Assembly: GCF_003918875.1 (NCBI RefSeq)
Contig: NW_025767412.1
Coordinates: 1,674,001 to 1,738,000 of the forward strand
DNA length: 64,000 nucleotides
Source of the DNA: Haliotis rubra
Taxonomy: Eukaryota
Direction of reading: 5' to 3'
The first letter of the stretch is position 1, and every line of letters starts with the position of its first letter. A program made the position numbers and the translations under genes. The notes below the pieces were generated by a model. The model had not been told where the DNA came from. It searched no databases and worked only from the letters and a program-made list of their open reading frames with translations. Shown piece by piece: positions 49,199 to 62,094 of this stretch.

Positions 49199-49344
49199 GT
49201 TGCCTTTTGATCACATAGCTTCTTCAGCGGCCTTTTATAGGTTAACGAGAGCGGATTCATGTCATTCAGATCAGTAAAATCATTAAATCTGGGGTTCTCT
49301 TAGGTTTGTATAAGATACTCCACAAGCCAGCCACAATACATAAA

Positions 49345-49463
49345 CTGGAGCACGTTTATGACGAAATTTGTCGTAAGGCAATATGGTTTAAACATATTTC
49401 TTATCACCAAAGCAGAAACATGATTAGGCGAACAAGCTTAGTGGTTTATAAACGCCGCTCCAG
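49345..49463. mobile_element. Small MITE upstream of the GPCR
   Basis: Inverted ends CTGGAGCACGTTTAT / ATAAACGCCGCTCCAG. Confidence 0.5.
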
Positions 49464-50164
49464 TACATTGTTCAAATAGCTGGATAAATAACTGAAATAA
49501 TTTAACAACAAAAGAATAATACTGAGACAAAATAACAGATATATGATTGAATAATGAATATGTTCGTTATGATGTTGGTTATGCCTATCAACGAAATGAG
49601 CTGCCGCAGAAAATCAAATTATATAAAAACTTGTCTTACATTGAGAATATATGTAGAGATGATAATCACTGGAAGCGGTTACTTTTAGAAATGAACTGGT
49701 GTAAAGAGTTGAGAATGCCACTATTAGTTGAGTTATTCAATGCGAGTAGTTTTAACATCGTATCCTTAAATATAAAAATACACAGTTGTTCTTAAATTTT
49801 GATAGTTCCGACATGTTTAAAGGTAGTGAATAACGTCTTCGTTATAATGACCACATGAACACTTGGGGTCAATATCGATGACTATTTTTATTCCGCAAAT
49901 GTTACTAAATAACGTGTCTTCATTATTTGAATTAAGCTTGGGTTCACCATCAATATCCTTGACGAGTACTTCCGGATATTTTATCATTAACGTTTAAACA
50001 TTGTGAAAATAAGTTTTCATGCCTCCTAATTCAATTACTTTAATTCAAGTAATGGCAATAACTTGTAATCACTGATGTTTCAGTGATCAGTTCAAATATT
50101 TGCCATGACTAGTTTGCCTCAAAGAAACTGTTTCTGAGGGACTGTTCTCTGGCAGTGACCAATT

Positions 50165-50300
50165 GAGTGAGTGAGTGAGTGAGTGAGTGAGTTTAGTTTT
50201 ACGCCGCTCTTAGCAACACTCCAGCAATATCACGACGGGGGAAAACAAGGAATGGGCTTCACACATTGTACCCATGTGGGGAATCGAACCCGGGTCGCCG
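50165..50300 (-). mobile_element. SINE family A, 5'-truncated
   Basis: (GAGT)n tail, body and B-box. Confidence 0.8.
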
Positions 50301-51514
50301 TGCCGAACCTACTTCAGGAGCAATCCATTAACAAAGACCTAACTTTGTGTATTTTCTGTGTAATTTTAAAATCATTTTAAACTTTACAGTACCGATAATC
50401 AGTACACTTTCAGTGGATTATTCCAGGATCTACTGTATTTGCCTCCAAGGAATCAAATTGACAGGTGAAAAAATGACATTCACCACCATTAAACACTGAC
50501 ACTTTCTTCCCATGGCAAAGGAAAGATTTCTGTCGATTATAGAAACCGGCTCTGTACTGAACTGTTTTGCTCGTGGCATCAACATCAACATAATTACATT
50601 TCATTGTGATTCATGAACACATTTTCTGTCATAGGTGTCGCATGGTGACAATCACTGGATCGTCTGGATTAGACTTGATTTATTTACAAACAGCACCGTA
50701 CAACCACAATACTGCTGACACAAGCATATACTCATAATATAGTCACAAGTGTGCAATGGACTCTGCTTGTAGGAAAGATTTGTTTATGAGTGTGGAAGGG
50801 TTTTGTCTCTAATTTATGACGTCATAACGCCTGACAAATATATAAAATCAATGAGGCGCAGGTGTGTCTGGGATCGTGTACCCATCGTTACACGTGTCAT
50901 CCAAGCTCACACGCCTCGTCACAGAAGGACGATAAATCGTTTATTCACCTACTCCAGTAGAAGTGTAATGGGGTTCAAAGGGTTGAGTAAGGGTTGATGT
51001 TTTTCAGTAGCATGTTAATGTACTTGTTTAAGAACTAAAGGAGAATACTGGAAATTGCAATAAGTGACTGGAGTAAAGACAAAGTAATCAGAAACATCTA
51101 CCCAAATTTGTAATGCAAAAATATTTTTATTTATATTTTAATCGTGAAATCAGTTTCTGCTATCGTAGCTTCGGCCATTGTGCATACTCGCAGTTCTCGA
51201 GACTGTTTGACCGTGGAGGCAAGCTACATTTGTCCGTCTGATTTCTTTCGACAGTTGAGCAATGTTACTGCTATATTAGACCTATTGGTACAGAATAACC
51301 TGTAGGAAAGATGAACTAGTGGCTTTGTGCCTATTCCCTTTTGGGGGGTTACTGACCTTCAGAGTAACCTTTAACGACAGGTAATGGTTTGGGGGACCTG
51401 TTTTACTGCTGCCCCTTTTGGTTTACATCTGTTCGGAAATGCATGTCTCGAGTTGTGGTGAGACACTGGCTTAACATCACTCACTGAAATACTCAAAACA
51501 TAAATTCGTTTCTG

Positions 51515-52127
51515 ACGTGAAGATCCGGGTTAGCATTGATCTTCAGTAACCCATGCTTGTTTACCCGTGACGATTCGGGTTAGAATTGGTCTTCAGTAAC
51601 CCACGTTTGTCTACCCGTGACGATCCGGGTTAGAATTGGTCTTCAGTAACCCACGTTTGTCTACCCGTGACGATCCGGGTGAGAATTTATCTTCAGTAAC
51701 CCATGTTTGTCTACCCGTGAAGATCCTGGTTAGAACTGGCCTTCGGTAACCCATGATTGTCTACCCGTGAAAATCCAGGTTAGAATTGGTCTTCAGCAAC
51801 CCATGCTTGTCTACCCGTGAAGATCCTGGTTAGAACTGGCCTGCGGTAACCCATGATTGTCTACCCGTGAAAATCCAGGTTAGAATTGGTCTTCAGCGAC
51901 CCATGCTTGTCTATCCGTGAAAATCCAGATTAGAATGCTTGTCGTAAGAGGATACTAAGAGGATCGGGTGGTCGGCCCTGCTGACTTCGTTGACACATGT
52001 CATCGTATCCTAATTGTGTTGATCCATGCTCATACTGTTGATCACTGTATTGTGTGTTCCAGACTCGATTATTTACAGGCTGCCGCCATATAACTGGAAT
52101 AGAATGCGGCGTTTGAACCACCAAACA
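51515..52127 (+). repeat. 50-bp tandem array (~8.5 units) of the SINE-B head, followed by the SINE-B body
   Basis: Units CTACCCGTGAAGATCCGGGTTAGAATTGGTCTTCAGTAACCCATGCTTGT start at 51561, 51611 ... 51911; the body runs 51935-52127. Confidence 0.92.
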
Positions 52128-52361
52128 ACGTTACAGACTGGTAACTAGTCTGACACTTTCAGTCTGTCAGTTGTAGCATACTTTATGTGGTCGTAAAATC
52201 ATTTGTAATGTCGACACCTGTGTATGTTGATATATAGGCAGCTATGAAGATGTGCATGTAGGCATTTGTAGTTTAGTATGCAGGCATCCACGTAGATTAA
52301 CATGTAGGCAAATCGGTATATTGATATGCAACTACTTCAGCTTGTTCATATTAAACTACAA

Positions 52362-53615
52362 TGGCACAATGTAAAACTCATTATGTTAACTCGTTAGATC
52401 GTTTGTAGGCACAATGTAAAACCTTTGTAGGCTGATTTGTTAACAACGCAGTATGTTAACTCGTTAGATCATATGAAGGCACAATGTAAAACTCATTATT
52501 TTAACTCGTTAGATCGTTTGTAGGCACAATGTAAAACCTTTGTAGGCTGATTTGTTAACAACTCAGTATGTTAACTCGTTAGATCATATGTAGGCACAAT
52601 GTAAAACCTTTGTAGGCTGATTTGTTAAGAACTCAGTATGTTAACTCGTTAGATAATATGTAGGCACAATGTAAAACCTTTGTAGGCTGATTTTTAACAA
52701 CTCAGTGTGTTAACTCGTTAGATGATATGTAGGCACAATGTAAAACCGTTGTTGGCTGATTTGTTGAGAACTCAGTGTGTAAACTCGTTAGATCATATGT
52801 AGGCACAATGTAAAATCTTTGTAGGCTGATTTGTTAAGAACTAAGTGTGTTAACTCGTTAGATCATATGTAGACACAATGTAAAACCTTGTGGGCTGATT
52901 TGTTGAGAACTCAGTGTGTTAACTCGTTAGATCATATGTAGGCACAATGTAAAACCCTTGTAGGCTGATTTGTTAAGAACTCAGTGTGTAAACTCGTTAG
53001 ATCATATGCAGGCACAATGTAAAACCCTGTGGGCTGATTTGTTGAGAACTCAGTGTGTTAACTCGTTAGATCATATGTAGGCACAATGTAAAACCTTTGT
53101 AGGCTGATTTGTTAACAACTGAGTGTGTTAACTCGTTAGATCATATGTAGGCACAATGTTAAACCTTGTAGGCTGATTTGTTAACAACTCAGTATGTTAA
53201 CTCGTTAGATCATATGTAGGCACAATGTAAAACCTTGTAGGCTGATTTGTTGAGAACTCAGTGTGTTAACTCGTTAGATCATATGTAGGCACAATGTAAA
53301 ACCTTGTGGGCTGATTTGTTGAGAACTCAGTGTGTTAACTCGTTAGATCATATGTAGGCACAATGTAAAACCTTTGTAGGCTGATTTGTTAACAACTGAG
53401 TATGTTAACTCGTTAGATCATATGTAGGCACAATGTAAAACCTTGTAGGCTGATTTGTTAACAACTCAGTATGTTAACTCGTTAGATCATATGTAGGCAC
53501 AATGTAAAACCTTGTAGGCTGATTTGTTGAGAACTCAGTGTGTTAACTCGTTAGATCATATGTAGGCACAATGTAAAACCTTGTAGGCTACCTGTTGAGA
53601 ACTCAGTGTGTTAAC
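52362..53615. repeat. 69-70-bp satellite/minisatellite, ~18 units
   Basis: Unit TAGGCACAATGTAAAACCTTTGTAGGCTGATTTGTTAACAACTCAGTATGTTAACTCGTTAGATCATATG. Confidence 0.97.
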
Positions 53616-54370
53616 ACACTCAGAGTCAGACACCTAATCGCCAGCACACAAATTCAGCCAACTAACCCACTCAGCCATCGCGGCTTGCACAAATAAGGAA
53701 GTCGAAAAACTGGTAATCTACATCACGGACTTTGTGTACTTTACATTTGACCTCTTTCTAAATGGCATTGTGTATTGATAGCTTTCGTCCGTGGGAGCCG
53801 TGCTAATTTATCATTCGCGCGAACCTCTTCGTGAACACATGGTTTCCGATAGTTTTTCCGGAACACATGCTCTAGATACAGTCAGAATCACACAATTCTT
53901 TTAGTAGATAATTCTTTTGGTCATCGAAATGATTTTTGTAGCTTCTTTTCTGTAAATAAAAGAAATCTAGGTTAAAAGTAGATTCGATTGAATAATTCTT
54001 ACTATATAATGACGATGTGTCTATAAATCAATTAGTAATAATATCAGGTGCTCGCTAAAAGATGAACGTACGTTGCCAACCGATGGTACACATTTTAGAC
54101 AAAATTGCTAAACTATACAAAAATGCTAATTACATTTTTCAAAAATCTTCTTTTTTTGGTGTTGATATAGATGGGTTAGGGGATGTTTGTGCTTGTTACT
54201 TTCATGAGTGCCATACACATCCTGCTACACAAGACACAAGTATTCTTTGTATATACGTCTTTAGATGAGAAATAGTTTGGGGTCTGAAGATTCTTTTATC
54301 TGCGCTAGTTGGGTGAAGGCTGGTTTGCCCAGTATTATCTCCTTTTGTCTGAGGTAGACAATTTTTCCAT

Positions 54371-54560
54371 CTATTTCTTGGTGAGTTGTTGGTTAATCTT
54401 GCTTGTTAGTAAGGAGCATGAAGTGGTCTCTTTCCGCACTGGCCCGCTCGCTGCTGGTAGCTTCGCTATGGTATCAGCCTCTTCGTTGCCTTTGATGTCG
54501 ACATGACTTGGAATCCGTTGCAGAGTTATTCTATAGTTACTTAACATATTTGTCATTCCA
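54371..54560 (-). mobile_element. RNase H remnant of an I/Nimb/Ingi-group LINE
   Basis: ITLQRIPSHVDIKGNEEADTIAK matches the retroelement RNase H C-terminal motif (W.PSH.GI.GNE.AD.LAK). Confidence 0.7.
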
Positions 54561-54794
54561 GGGGCTTCCGTACATATTATTGTCACACTTGCTGTGAAAC
54601 AATTTTTTCCTTTAAACATTCAATTCGTGCATACCTTTTCGGAATTCGATAGTGCCTCAGAAACACAGGTTCTCGATATAGTCAGATTCATATAATTCTT
54701 TAAGTAGATATTTCTTTACTCATCTAGATGTTTTTTGTAGTTGTCTTATTTTAATACCGGTTAAAAGCAGATTTTATTGTACAATTCCGACTTT

Positions 54795-55570
54795 ATCATT
54801 CAATTCAATTCAGTTTATTGTATCAATGACCTTAGGCCCATATACAAATAAACATAATGTCATACATAAATACATTGTTGATTGAAATTTAACATACTTG
54901 GCATTTATTGTTTCATTTTGTGTTTCATCTTTTCGTATCTTTTAGAAATTGCGTGTTTACAAAATTTACATAAGTTCCACACAGTTTCGTTATTACTATC
55001 AGACATAAGTATGCAAAATATTACAAAATTACAATTTGTAATGTATTTCTGAGGAATATATTTTTGTCTAATTTCAGTCTACAATGTACATTATAAAATA
55101 ACATGGAATTCATCTTATTTTACATTTAAGTTGCAAACTTTACAAATCCTATCTTCTTTGGGTATATTATTTCTACGTCCGATATCTACCTGTAATTGGG
55201 CGCCTCAAGCTAAGCTTAGTATCGTCTCAAATTTAAAAGTTAGAAATTTGTTACATATTTTTCTGGAAACATATTGTGTTTATAAAAGAATAATTGTCGT
55301 CTCATCTTTATCTCCTTCAAAAATAATTGACAATATCCAACTTCTTCACATATCCACGCATATCCGAGTCCAAGCTTAAATAATGATTCTCTAATAATTG
55401 ATACCCAGCTAACTCTTTTTTGGTATATCTAAACAAAATATCATATTATAGGCTTTTTTGGGAAGTCAATTATCTGTCGTGTGTACTAATGATAACCAAT
55501 AGCTAATGCATCTAATTAATGTTTCTACATAAATTAGGAATCTGCCACGTTCACCAGTAGCCATTATTTT
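54795..55570 (-). mobile_element. Degraded LINE 3' fragment
   Basis: Minus-strand remnants of GRFLIYVETLIRCISYW and QVDIGRRNNIPKEDRICKVCN, with AATAAA followed by a (TGAAT)n tail at ~54800. Confidence 0.7.
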
Positions 55571-56341
55571 ATCATGTATACCTGTCTATATATCAAAATA
55601 GTGATAACACCAGGTATTCTCTGAAAGATGAGTGCACGTTGCCTACTGGTGGCACATATTTAGACAAAATTACTAAGCAATAAACCTTTTGTGGATTCAG
55701 TTTGGTATGGCTTATTTGTATTGTCACTTGTTGAGAATGCCGGACACACCCTGTCCTGGGGATACACAATTATCCCTTGTATCTTCGTCGTTACATGAGA
55801 AATAGTAATTTACTTTACTCCCGGTTTTTTCTCTTCCTATTTGATTGAAGGTCATTATTGGTAATTATCTTCGAAATATCCAATTATCTTCACTTGCGAC
55901 TGTATTCGCACATTATTAGCTACACTCATCAACCAATCAAGCAATCAATCAATCCGTTTATATCCGTAAGACTAGCTGCAGATAAACACGGGAGGTGAAT
56001 TGTGGCTTTCGACTGAAATGACACATACTCAACTATGTTCTAATAATTGATAATGAATGTATCTCACATAATATTCATGTTTTTGTCTAAAACATTTATA
56101 GTTTCGCCGACAGCTTGCACATCCAGAGTTCTCCCACTGCATTATGGTCGTATATTCTCGGGTGAATTCGCTGAACTGGATTTGATTTCAGTTTCAAATT
56201 GGTAAGAAGTATTTCGTAGACTGGTTTTCCTGGCCTAGAAGGCTTGCGCTCTTCGACAGACTTTACTGTGTCGCCGTTAGGAGGTGACAGACAGGGTACC
56301 AGTCGAGCATTAATTAAGGGGTATATGAAATCTCTACCTTA

Positions 56342-57032
56342 AGCCTAGTTTACATGCACTGATTTGTCTCCTTGGAGACAAATTTCATCCTGTAAACACA
56401 CTTGCCCCTATGGACAAACTTTGCCCAAGGGGGTATTCTGCCCCACCTTCAGAGGTGGAGAGGGCCGGTGGGGTAGCCTAATGGTTAAAGCGTTGGCTCG
56501 TCACGCCGAAGACCCGGGTTCGAATCCCCACATGGGCACAATGTGTAAAGCCCATTTCTGGTGTCCTCCGCCGTGATGTTGCTGGAATATTGCTAAAAGC
56601 GGCGTAAAACCAAAGTCAGTCAGTTAGTCAGTCAGAGGTGGAGCAAATTCGTATACCCCTGAGGCAAATACTGCCCATGGGGGCAAAGGTTTCATGTAAA
56701 CGCAGTTTTGACATTTTTAACACCTTTTTTGGCATTTATGTCAGCTTGATGAATCGTAATATGTTCATTTACTCTGGGTTTTTCATAAAGAGTAATTCTA
56801 GTTTATATAACAGCAGTTTGACAGAGTCTGTATTGCTGTTGGGATCGAAATTGATGTGTGTACACTTCCATGGATCAGTATGAACTGTGATTCATGAATT
56901 GTTGTTATTACTTTTATCATTATATTTCCCAGCTATCAATGATCATGTAAACGCACTTTGCCACCCTGAGGTTCAATTTACCCCTGGGGGTATAATGCCC
57001 ATAGGGACAAATGAGTGCGTGTAAACAAGGCT
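56342..57032. mobile_element. PIF/Harbinger-like MITE (TTA TSD) with a nested SINE
   Basis: ~27-bp TIR AGCCTAGTTTACATGCACTGATTTGTC / GACAAATGAGTGCGTGTAAACAAGGCT; TTA at 56339-56341 and 57033-57035; subterminal GTAAAC and CCCC/GGGG repeats. Confidence 0.75.
56461..56631 (+). mobile_element. SINE family A, full length, 12-bp TSD TCAGAGGTGGAG
   Basis: TSD at 56449-56460 and 56632-56643. Confidence 0.92.
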
Positions 57033-57305
57033 TTACGTATGAGAGGGGCAAATATGAAGATATACCCGACTGGGAAGCCAATCGGAAACGAGTATTAGCA
57101 CTGCTTGATCGTGGAAACGTACGAGAAAGAATGGGCAATGGAAATATCCCGAATCGCCGCATTGCCATATTGATTGCACCCCTATGTATCCTTGGTAGTC
57201 CCGTTTAGATTTAGTCTTCAGCAACCTTTGCTAGTCGCAAAAGACGGCAAACAGTATCAGGTAGTCTGACATGTCATCCTATGCAAATTTCGTGGACGAT
57301 GCTTG

Positions 57306-57460
57306 TGAGTGAGTGAGTATGGGTTTACGCCGCTGTTATTCCAGCAATATCACGGCGGGAGACACCAGAAATGGACTTCACACATAGTTCCCATGTGGGG
57401 AATCGAACCCGGGTCTTCGGCGTGACGAGCGAACGCTTTTCCATTTATCCTGCCGCCCCC
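57306..57460 (-). mobile_element. SINE family A copy (a degraded one follows at ~57570-57706)
   Basis: Family A body, B-box and tail. Confidence 0.8.
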
Positions 57461-58593
57461 GATGCTTGTGAGATCAATCACTAAACAGCGTTCGATTGTG
57501 TACAGATCAATGCCAGTTCTAGCTGATTGTGGCTTTAAATAATGCATCAAGAACTGGCATTGTATTACATTAACGCCGCTATAGCAATATTCAAGAATCA
57601 CGACTGGGGCAGGAAAATTGTTTCACATTTTGTGCCAATGAGGGGAATCAAACCCGGGTATTAGGTGTGGCGAACGAACGCTTTAACCACTAAGCTATCC
57701 GACCCCAGCATTCCAATATACCCTGCGTAGTCAAGAAAACATAACTGATGCTGTTTTCTAAATTTTTATTAAAAACGTACATGTAAGCAAGGGTGATAGT
57801 AAAAAAGTAATCAAAACATTTGGTTAATTAACACCTAATGTACAAAGGCAGATATTTCAATCCCACACGTAAGTGAAGAATATGATGATCAGAGACTCAC
57901 GAAGAAAACAATATTTGAACTTGTAATATATCCTTTTGTCATATAAATACAGAATTGCTTTTTCGTTTTATATTTCTTTAACATGTCCACTATATAACAA
58001 GAACAATCTCCAAAAAGATGTACAGTATCTTATTGCACGTTAGTATCTGATTAAATGGCCAATGAAAGTTGATTAAGATCAATGGTAAAAATGAGGAGCG
58101 TGGAATTTCTCAATTGTATGTTATGACTTTACCACAGCTAAAGTTGCAGTGTGTTAAATCTCCTGTTAACATAGCGTATCTCCAAGCGAGTCAAATTGGT
58201 GGGCGTTCTTTAGAAAGGCACTAGGTATTAGCTGTGAACCTCATTAGCTCGTCACGAAGTTTGCGGCTATTAAGTGACGTGTAATACTGTCAGTTGTACG
58301 ATAAAATCAAGACAAAGAAAACCTCGATTGTGAACCAGTATTTTACCAAGCTTTCAGTCTTAAAATGTAGTGAGTGAGTGAAGTTAGTTTTACGCCGAAC
58401 TCAGCAATATTCCAGCTATATGGTTGCGGTTCTTATAATATAATTATCTCACACCAGATACGATGTGAAAGACAAAGTCGGCTAGAAATCAGTGGAAGTG
58501 CTGTTTCTGTGAAAGCTTGTCTGTGAAAGACTGCGTCTAAACAAAACTATTTGATATGCACCACTGAAATAAAAACGTAAACAAGAGTACGAG

Positions 58594-58828
58594 TTAAACG
58601 AGCTTGGAGACAACAAAGGCAGCAGTGATGGTCAGAACGCTACAGACCAACCCAGCGCTACTGGCAACATAATTCTGGTAGTTATCAATAGCTTGACGTC
58701 TCTTCTCTGGCGACAGGCTACAGTACGGGTATTTCACGCCACTAATGCCTTTGATATAGAACATGGAGACATCCGAACAATCGGTCGATGGAAGGTCTTG
58801 GAAACACTTCTCGTACGCTGTGAAGTAC
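58594..58828 (-). CDS. Cys-rich, probably GPI-anchored protein, last coding exon
   Basis: Acceptor CAAACAG| at 58829. Reads (M)YFTAYEKCFQDLPSTDCSDVSMFYIKGISGVKYPYCSLSPEKRRQAIDNYQNYVASSAGLVCSVLTITAAFVVSKLV*, with a small-residue omega-like site and a terminal hydrophobic tail. Confidence 0.85.
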
Positions 58829-58968
58829 CTGTTTGGATCAAAATAACATAAAATCAATATCTCGAAAAGATTCACACATAATCTTGAGTTAGAATGTATA
58901 AACGTACATTTTTGCATTACGTCACACTCAATTGACGTGATGACGTCATTCTAGTCTCAAACTACGTA

Positions 58969-59050
58969 ATGTATGTATGTATGTATGTATGTATGTATGT
59001 ATGTATGTATGTATGTATGTATGTATGTATGTATGTATGTATGTATGTAT
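58969..59050. repeat. (ATGT)n microsatellite
   Basis: About 20 units. Confidence 0.95.
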
Positions 59051-59123
59051 ATATGTATATGGATGTATAGGTAAGCTCATTTTCAGTCATAGAGTTAATC
59101 TAATACTTTTTGTTAGACATCAG

Positions 59124-59375
59124 GCCCAGATTTCTCGAAACAAACTTAAGTCTTAGTTTCGACTTAAGTTAGAGTTTTTACTCAAATTTGAGAAAATGCA
59201 TATCCCAGAATGAACTATCGATATTAAACTCAAACATAGTAGACTTTGAGTTTGGTGGATAGATTACTTAAGTTGTTTGGGCTTTTTATTTAAAAATGTT
59301 AAACAGCTGTTTCAAATTGTCCAACTCAGTTTGAAATTTGAGTAAAAACTTAAGTTTGTTTCGAGAAATCGGTGC
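59124..59375. mobile_element. MITE with ~27-bp TIR and CAG 3-bp TSD
   Basis: GCCCAGATTTCTCGAAACAAACTTAAG / CTTAAGTTTGTTTCGAGAAATCGGTGC; CAG at 59121-59123 and 59376-59378. Confidence 0.75.
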
Positions 59376-59788
59376 CAGGAATTCCAGTAATGAAGAGCCC
59401 TGTATGAATTTGAAATTTTATTGCATGTTTTTTGTTCACTTCAAGTGTCAGAACTCATGAATTTCCTGAATGAGTAATTTGTTTACGTTAATGTTTCTAG
59501 AACAAAAGGTTACAAGTATACGTATGTAAAAGTCTCTTCTTCCCACACTTTATGATTAGCAGAGTTGAGTATATATCTTCATTTCTTAAGTCCCAACTTA
59601 AAAACGACAATTTACATCGGAAATACCACACTATGACGTCAATATTGTCTGGCGTCCATATGTATTTCGACCATTGTAGAATCATGGAGTTAACAGTACC
59701 ATAGACAGCTTGAAATGACTGTATGGTCTTACTCTTATCGTATCATATCTTATCTTATCTTGATAAAGGGGACATTATGTACACTTAC

Positions 59789-59921
59789 ATGCACATTGTG
59801 TCCAGCGAGACGCTGAGGTTGCTAGGATGACCGGCGTTGGTGAGGTCGACGGCGGCAGCTTCAACACAGCTGTAGAACGGGTCGACCGTGAGCTTAGGTG
59901 GGCAGTCTGTCGGCGGTACAA
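59789..59921 (-). CDS. Cys-rich GPI-type protein, internal exon (133 nt, phase 1-2); not in the ORF track
   Basis: ATATTTCAG| ... AT|GTAAGT. Reads (F)VPPTDCPPKLTVDPFYSCVEAAAVDLTNAGHPSNLSVSLDTMC; phases are compatible with both neighbouring exons. Confidence 0.85.
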
Positions 59922-60799
59922 CTGAAATATACGTTAGGCATCAAGAATGATGTTGTTAACTGCATATGATTACTTATTATTTTCCTTTTTTCTGTTTTGT
60001 TTAAACGTCACAGTCCCAAGATTCCAGCTAGGTCACGATGGTAAGCATGTACTTTAAGCTGGACGTGGTCATCCAATGATTGATGTTATGAACAAAGCAG
60101 GATATCCCATGGCTATTTAGAGGCTACTTCCGGCTACCATTGGTTACAGGGAATCTTTTAAAGTGAAGTAGCGGAAAATAAGTTGATGTGACGACAGTTT
60201 TATATGCTACTTATATTAATCTTTATTCACAATTGTCTGTGGGGAGAACAAAAGGTTTCAATGTTATATTCAAGGCCTACAGCAAATACTGCTTGGCTTC
60301 TTAGTACCCACCATACCATAGTGCAACCGAAGAAGGATATATGTAGTCATTTGAGATTTATAGATTCAATTATAGTATATAAAATATATAAAAAACTAAT
60401 TATCTATGAACTATCTTTAAACTATCAGCGTTAAAATGAAAATACATTCAAAAGTATTCATTTAACAAAATTTTGACACATTAAAATTAAGAGTTACTTT
60501 ATGTAATGTTAAGACAGTAGTAAATATCGAGATATCAAGGCAATCAGTCATTATCAATTAATCCAGAGATTATACAGACCCAAAACTAATGCCGAACTCG
60601 AGAAATTATGGTTACCATGTTGATAATCCGATACTAGATCTAGGTGAATTATATTCTCTTACACATGAATTAAATCTAAATGAAAACATCTTCCCAGTTG
60701 ATAAGGGTGGCTTCTACGTAGATAAAAGTATAATGTACGTAGATGATATTGTGCCACTAATACGAGACCAGATGTTTCCTATATGTCTTCACATCCCCG

Positions 60800-61137
60800 A
60801 GGGGCGGTGGGGTAGCCTAGTAGTTAAAGCGTGTGCTAATCAGACCGAAGAGTGAGTGAGTGAGTTTGGTTTAACGCCGCTTTTAAAAATATTCCAGCAA
60901 TATTACGGCGGAGGCACCAGAAATGGGCCTCACATATTGTACCAATGTGGGGAATCGAACTCGGGTGTTCAGCATTACGAGCGAACGCTTTAACCATTAG
61001 GCTACCCCACCGCCCCGTCAGGCCGAAGATCCGGGTTCGATTCCCCACATGGGTACAATGTGTGAAGCCCATTTCTGGTATTCCCCGCCGTAATATTGCT
61101 GGAATACTTTTAAAAGCGGCGTACAACTAAACTCACC
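60800..61137. mobile_element. SINE family A (+) interrupted by an antisense family A SINE (~60852-61016)
   Basis: Near-identical TSD TCAG(A/G)CCGAAGA flanks the inner copy, and the outer halves rejoin into one SINE. Confidence 0.85.
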
Positions 61138-61785
61138 CAAAGATTCCAGTTTATGAGTGTTTCTCATTTGGGAATCAAGTTAATGTACCAATGTACAATC
61201 TACCACATCTTTCTTTATACACTATACAAGTATGCTTAAATAAGGACATTCAGACTCTTACTTAGTTTTTGCACTGTAGATTGTGATCTTAAAAATGCTC
61301 CTTTTTTGAGATTGAATTGGTTCACATTAAAGGTTATACACAAAGTTCTACTTTAAAAAAATGCATTTGGAATATATAAAAAAGAGAACAAAATGAATGT
61401 CTTGATGCGATTCAATCATAAATCTGAGGCATTTTTTTCATTAAGTGAAATTTTGAAGTTGGCGGAGAACAGAAAATTGAACAAATCAACATTGATGCAG
61501 TCAGCACCAAAATCAGGATCTAAAGTACTCACGGAAATAAAAATAAAATGTTTTTGGCGTCTATTTCGTTGTTTTGAACACAAATACAGTTTTATTGTTA
61601 AATATTCTATGACTATCGTTTTTCCCAACTTTTAACCATTTTTGTAAAATCATCCGAAATAGATGAGTTTACAGGAGAGCGAATCGTGTCATTTTTACCT
61701 CTTGAAATGTCATCGAAGTCAAAATGCAAGCTGTAGTACGCAAAGATATTACAACATTACAGTAGGTATAAGTAGATCCACTCAC

Positions 61786-61940
61786 ATGCACTTGTGTAGT
61801 TGCACATTTGCCCGAGACCATTCATGTACTTCTCTTTGTCAATCAGTTGACTGACCAGCATACTCTGCTTCTCGTCACCAATGCATTGGTTGACCACATC
61901 CACCATGCACGCGGTTAATTTTTGAAGGCCGTTATTGGCA
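61786..61940 (-). CDS. Cys-rich GPI-type protein, internal exon (155 nt, phase 2-1)
   Basis: TGTGTTTCAG| ... T|GTGAGT. Reads (S)ANNGLQKLTACMVDVVNQCIGDEKQSMLVSQLIDKEKYMNGLGQMCNYTSA. Confidence 0.85.
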
Positions 61941-62094
61941 CTGAAACACAGTACAGCATCTACAAGACATGATCTTAACATTATCTTTGAAACACATATG
62001 TAAATAACATTGTATCCCTCTACCTATATCAGATCACTTATCTATCACATATGAGTGTCGCTGAAGGAATGTGTTAGGTGTATATTGTGTCATC

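Noticed and set aside
48783-49277. 164-aa plus-strand ORF (and 47943..48305 on the minus strand)
   Set aside because: Antisense or alternative-frame shadows of the GPCR CDS.
52362-53615. Regular repeat arrays (also 62095-63003 and 15200-16025) as possible CRISPR arrays
   Set aside because: Units are contiguous with no unique spacers, there are no cas genes, and the context is eukaryotic.
56461-56535. tRNA-Asp-like sequences with A/B boxes (many copies)
   Set aside because: Each continues into a shared SINE body and microsatellite tail with TSDs and has no proper acceptor stem; these are SINE heads, not tRNA genes.
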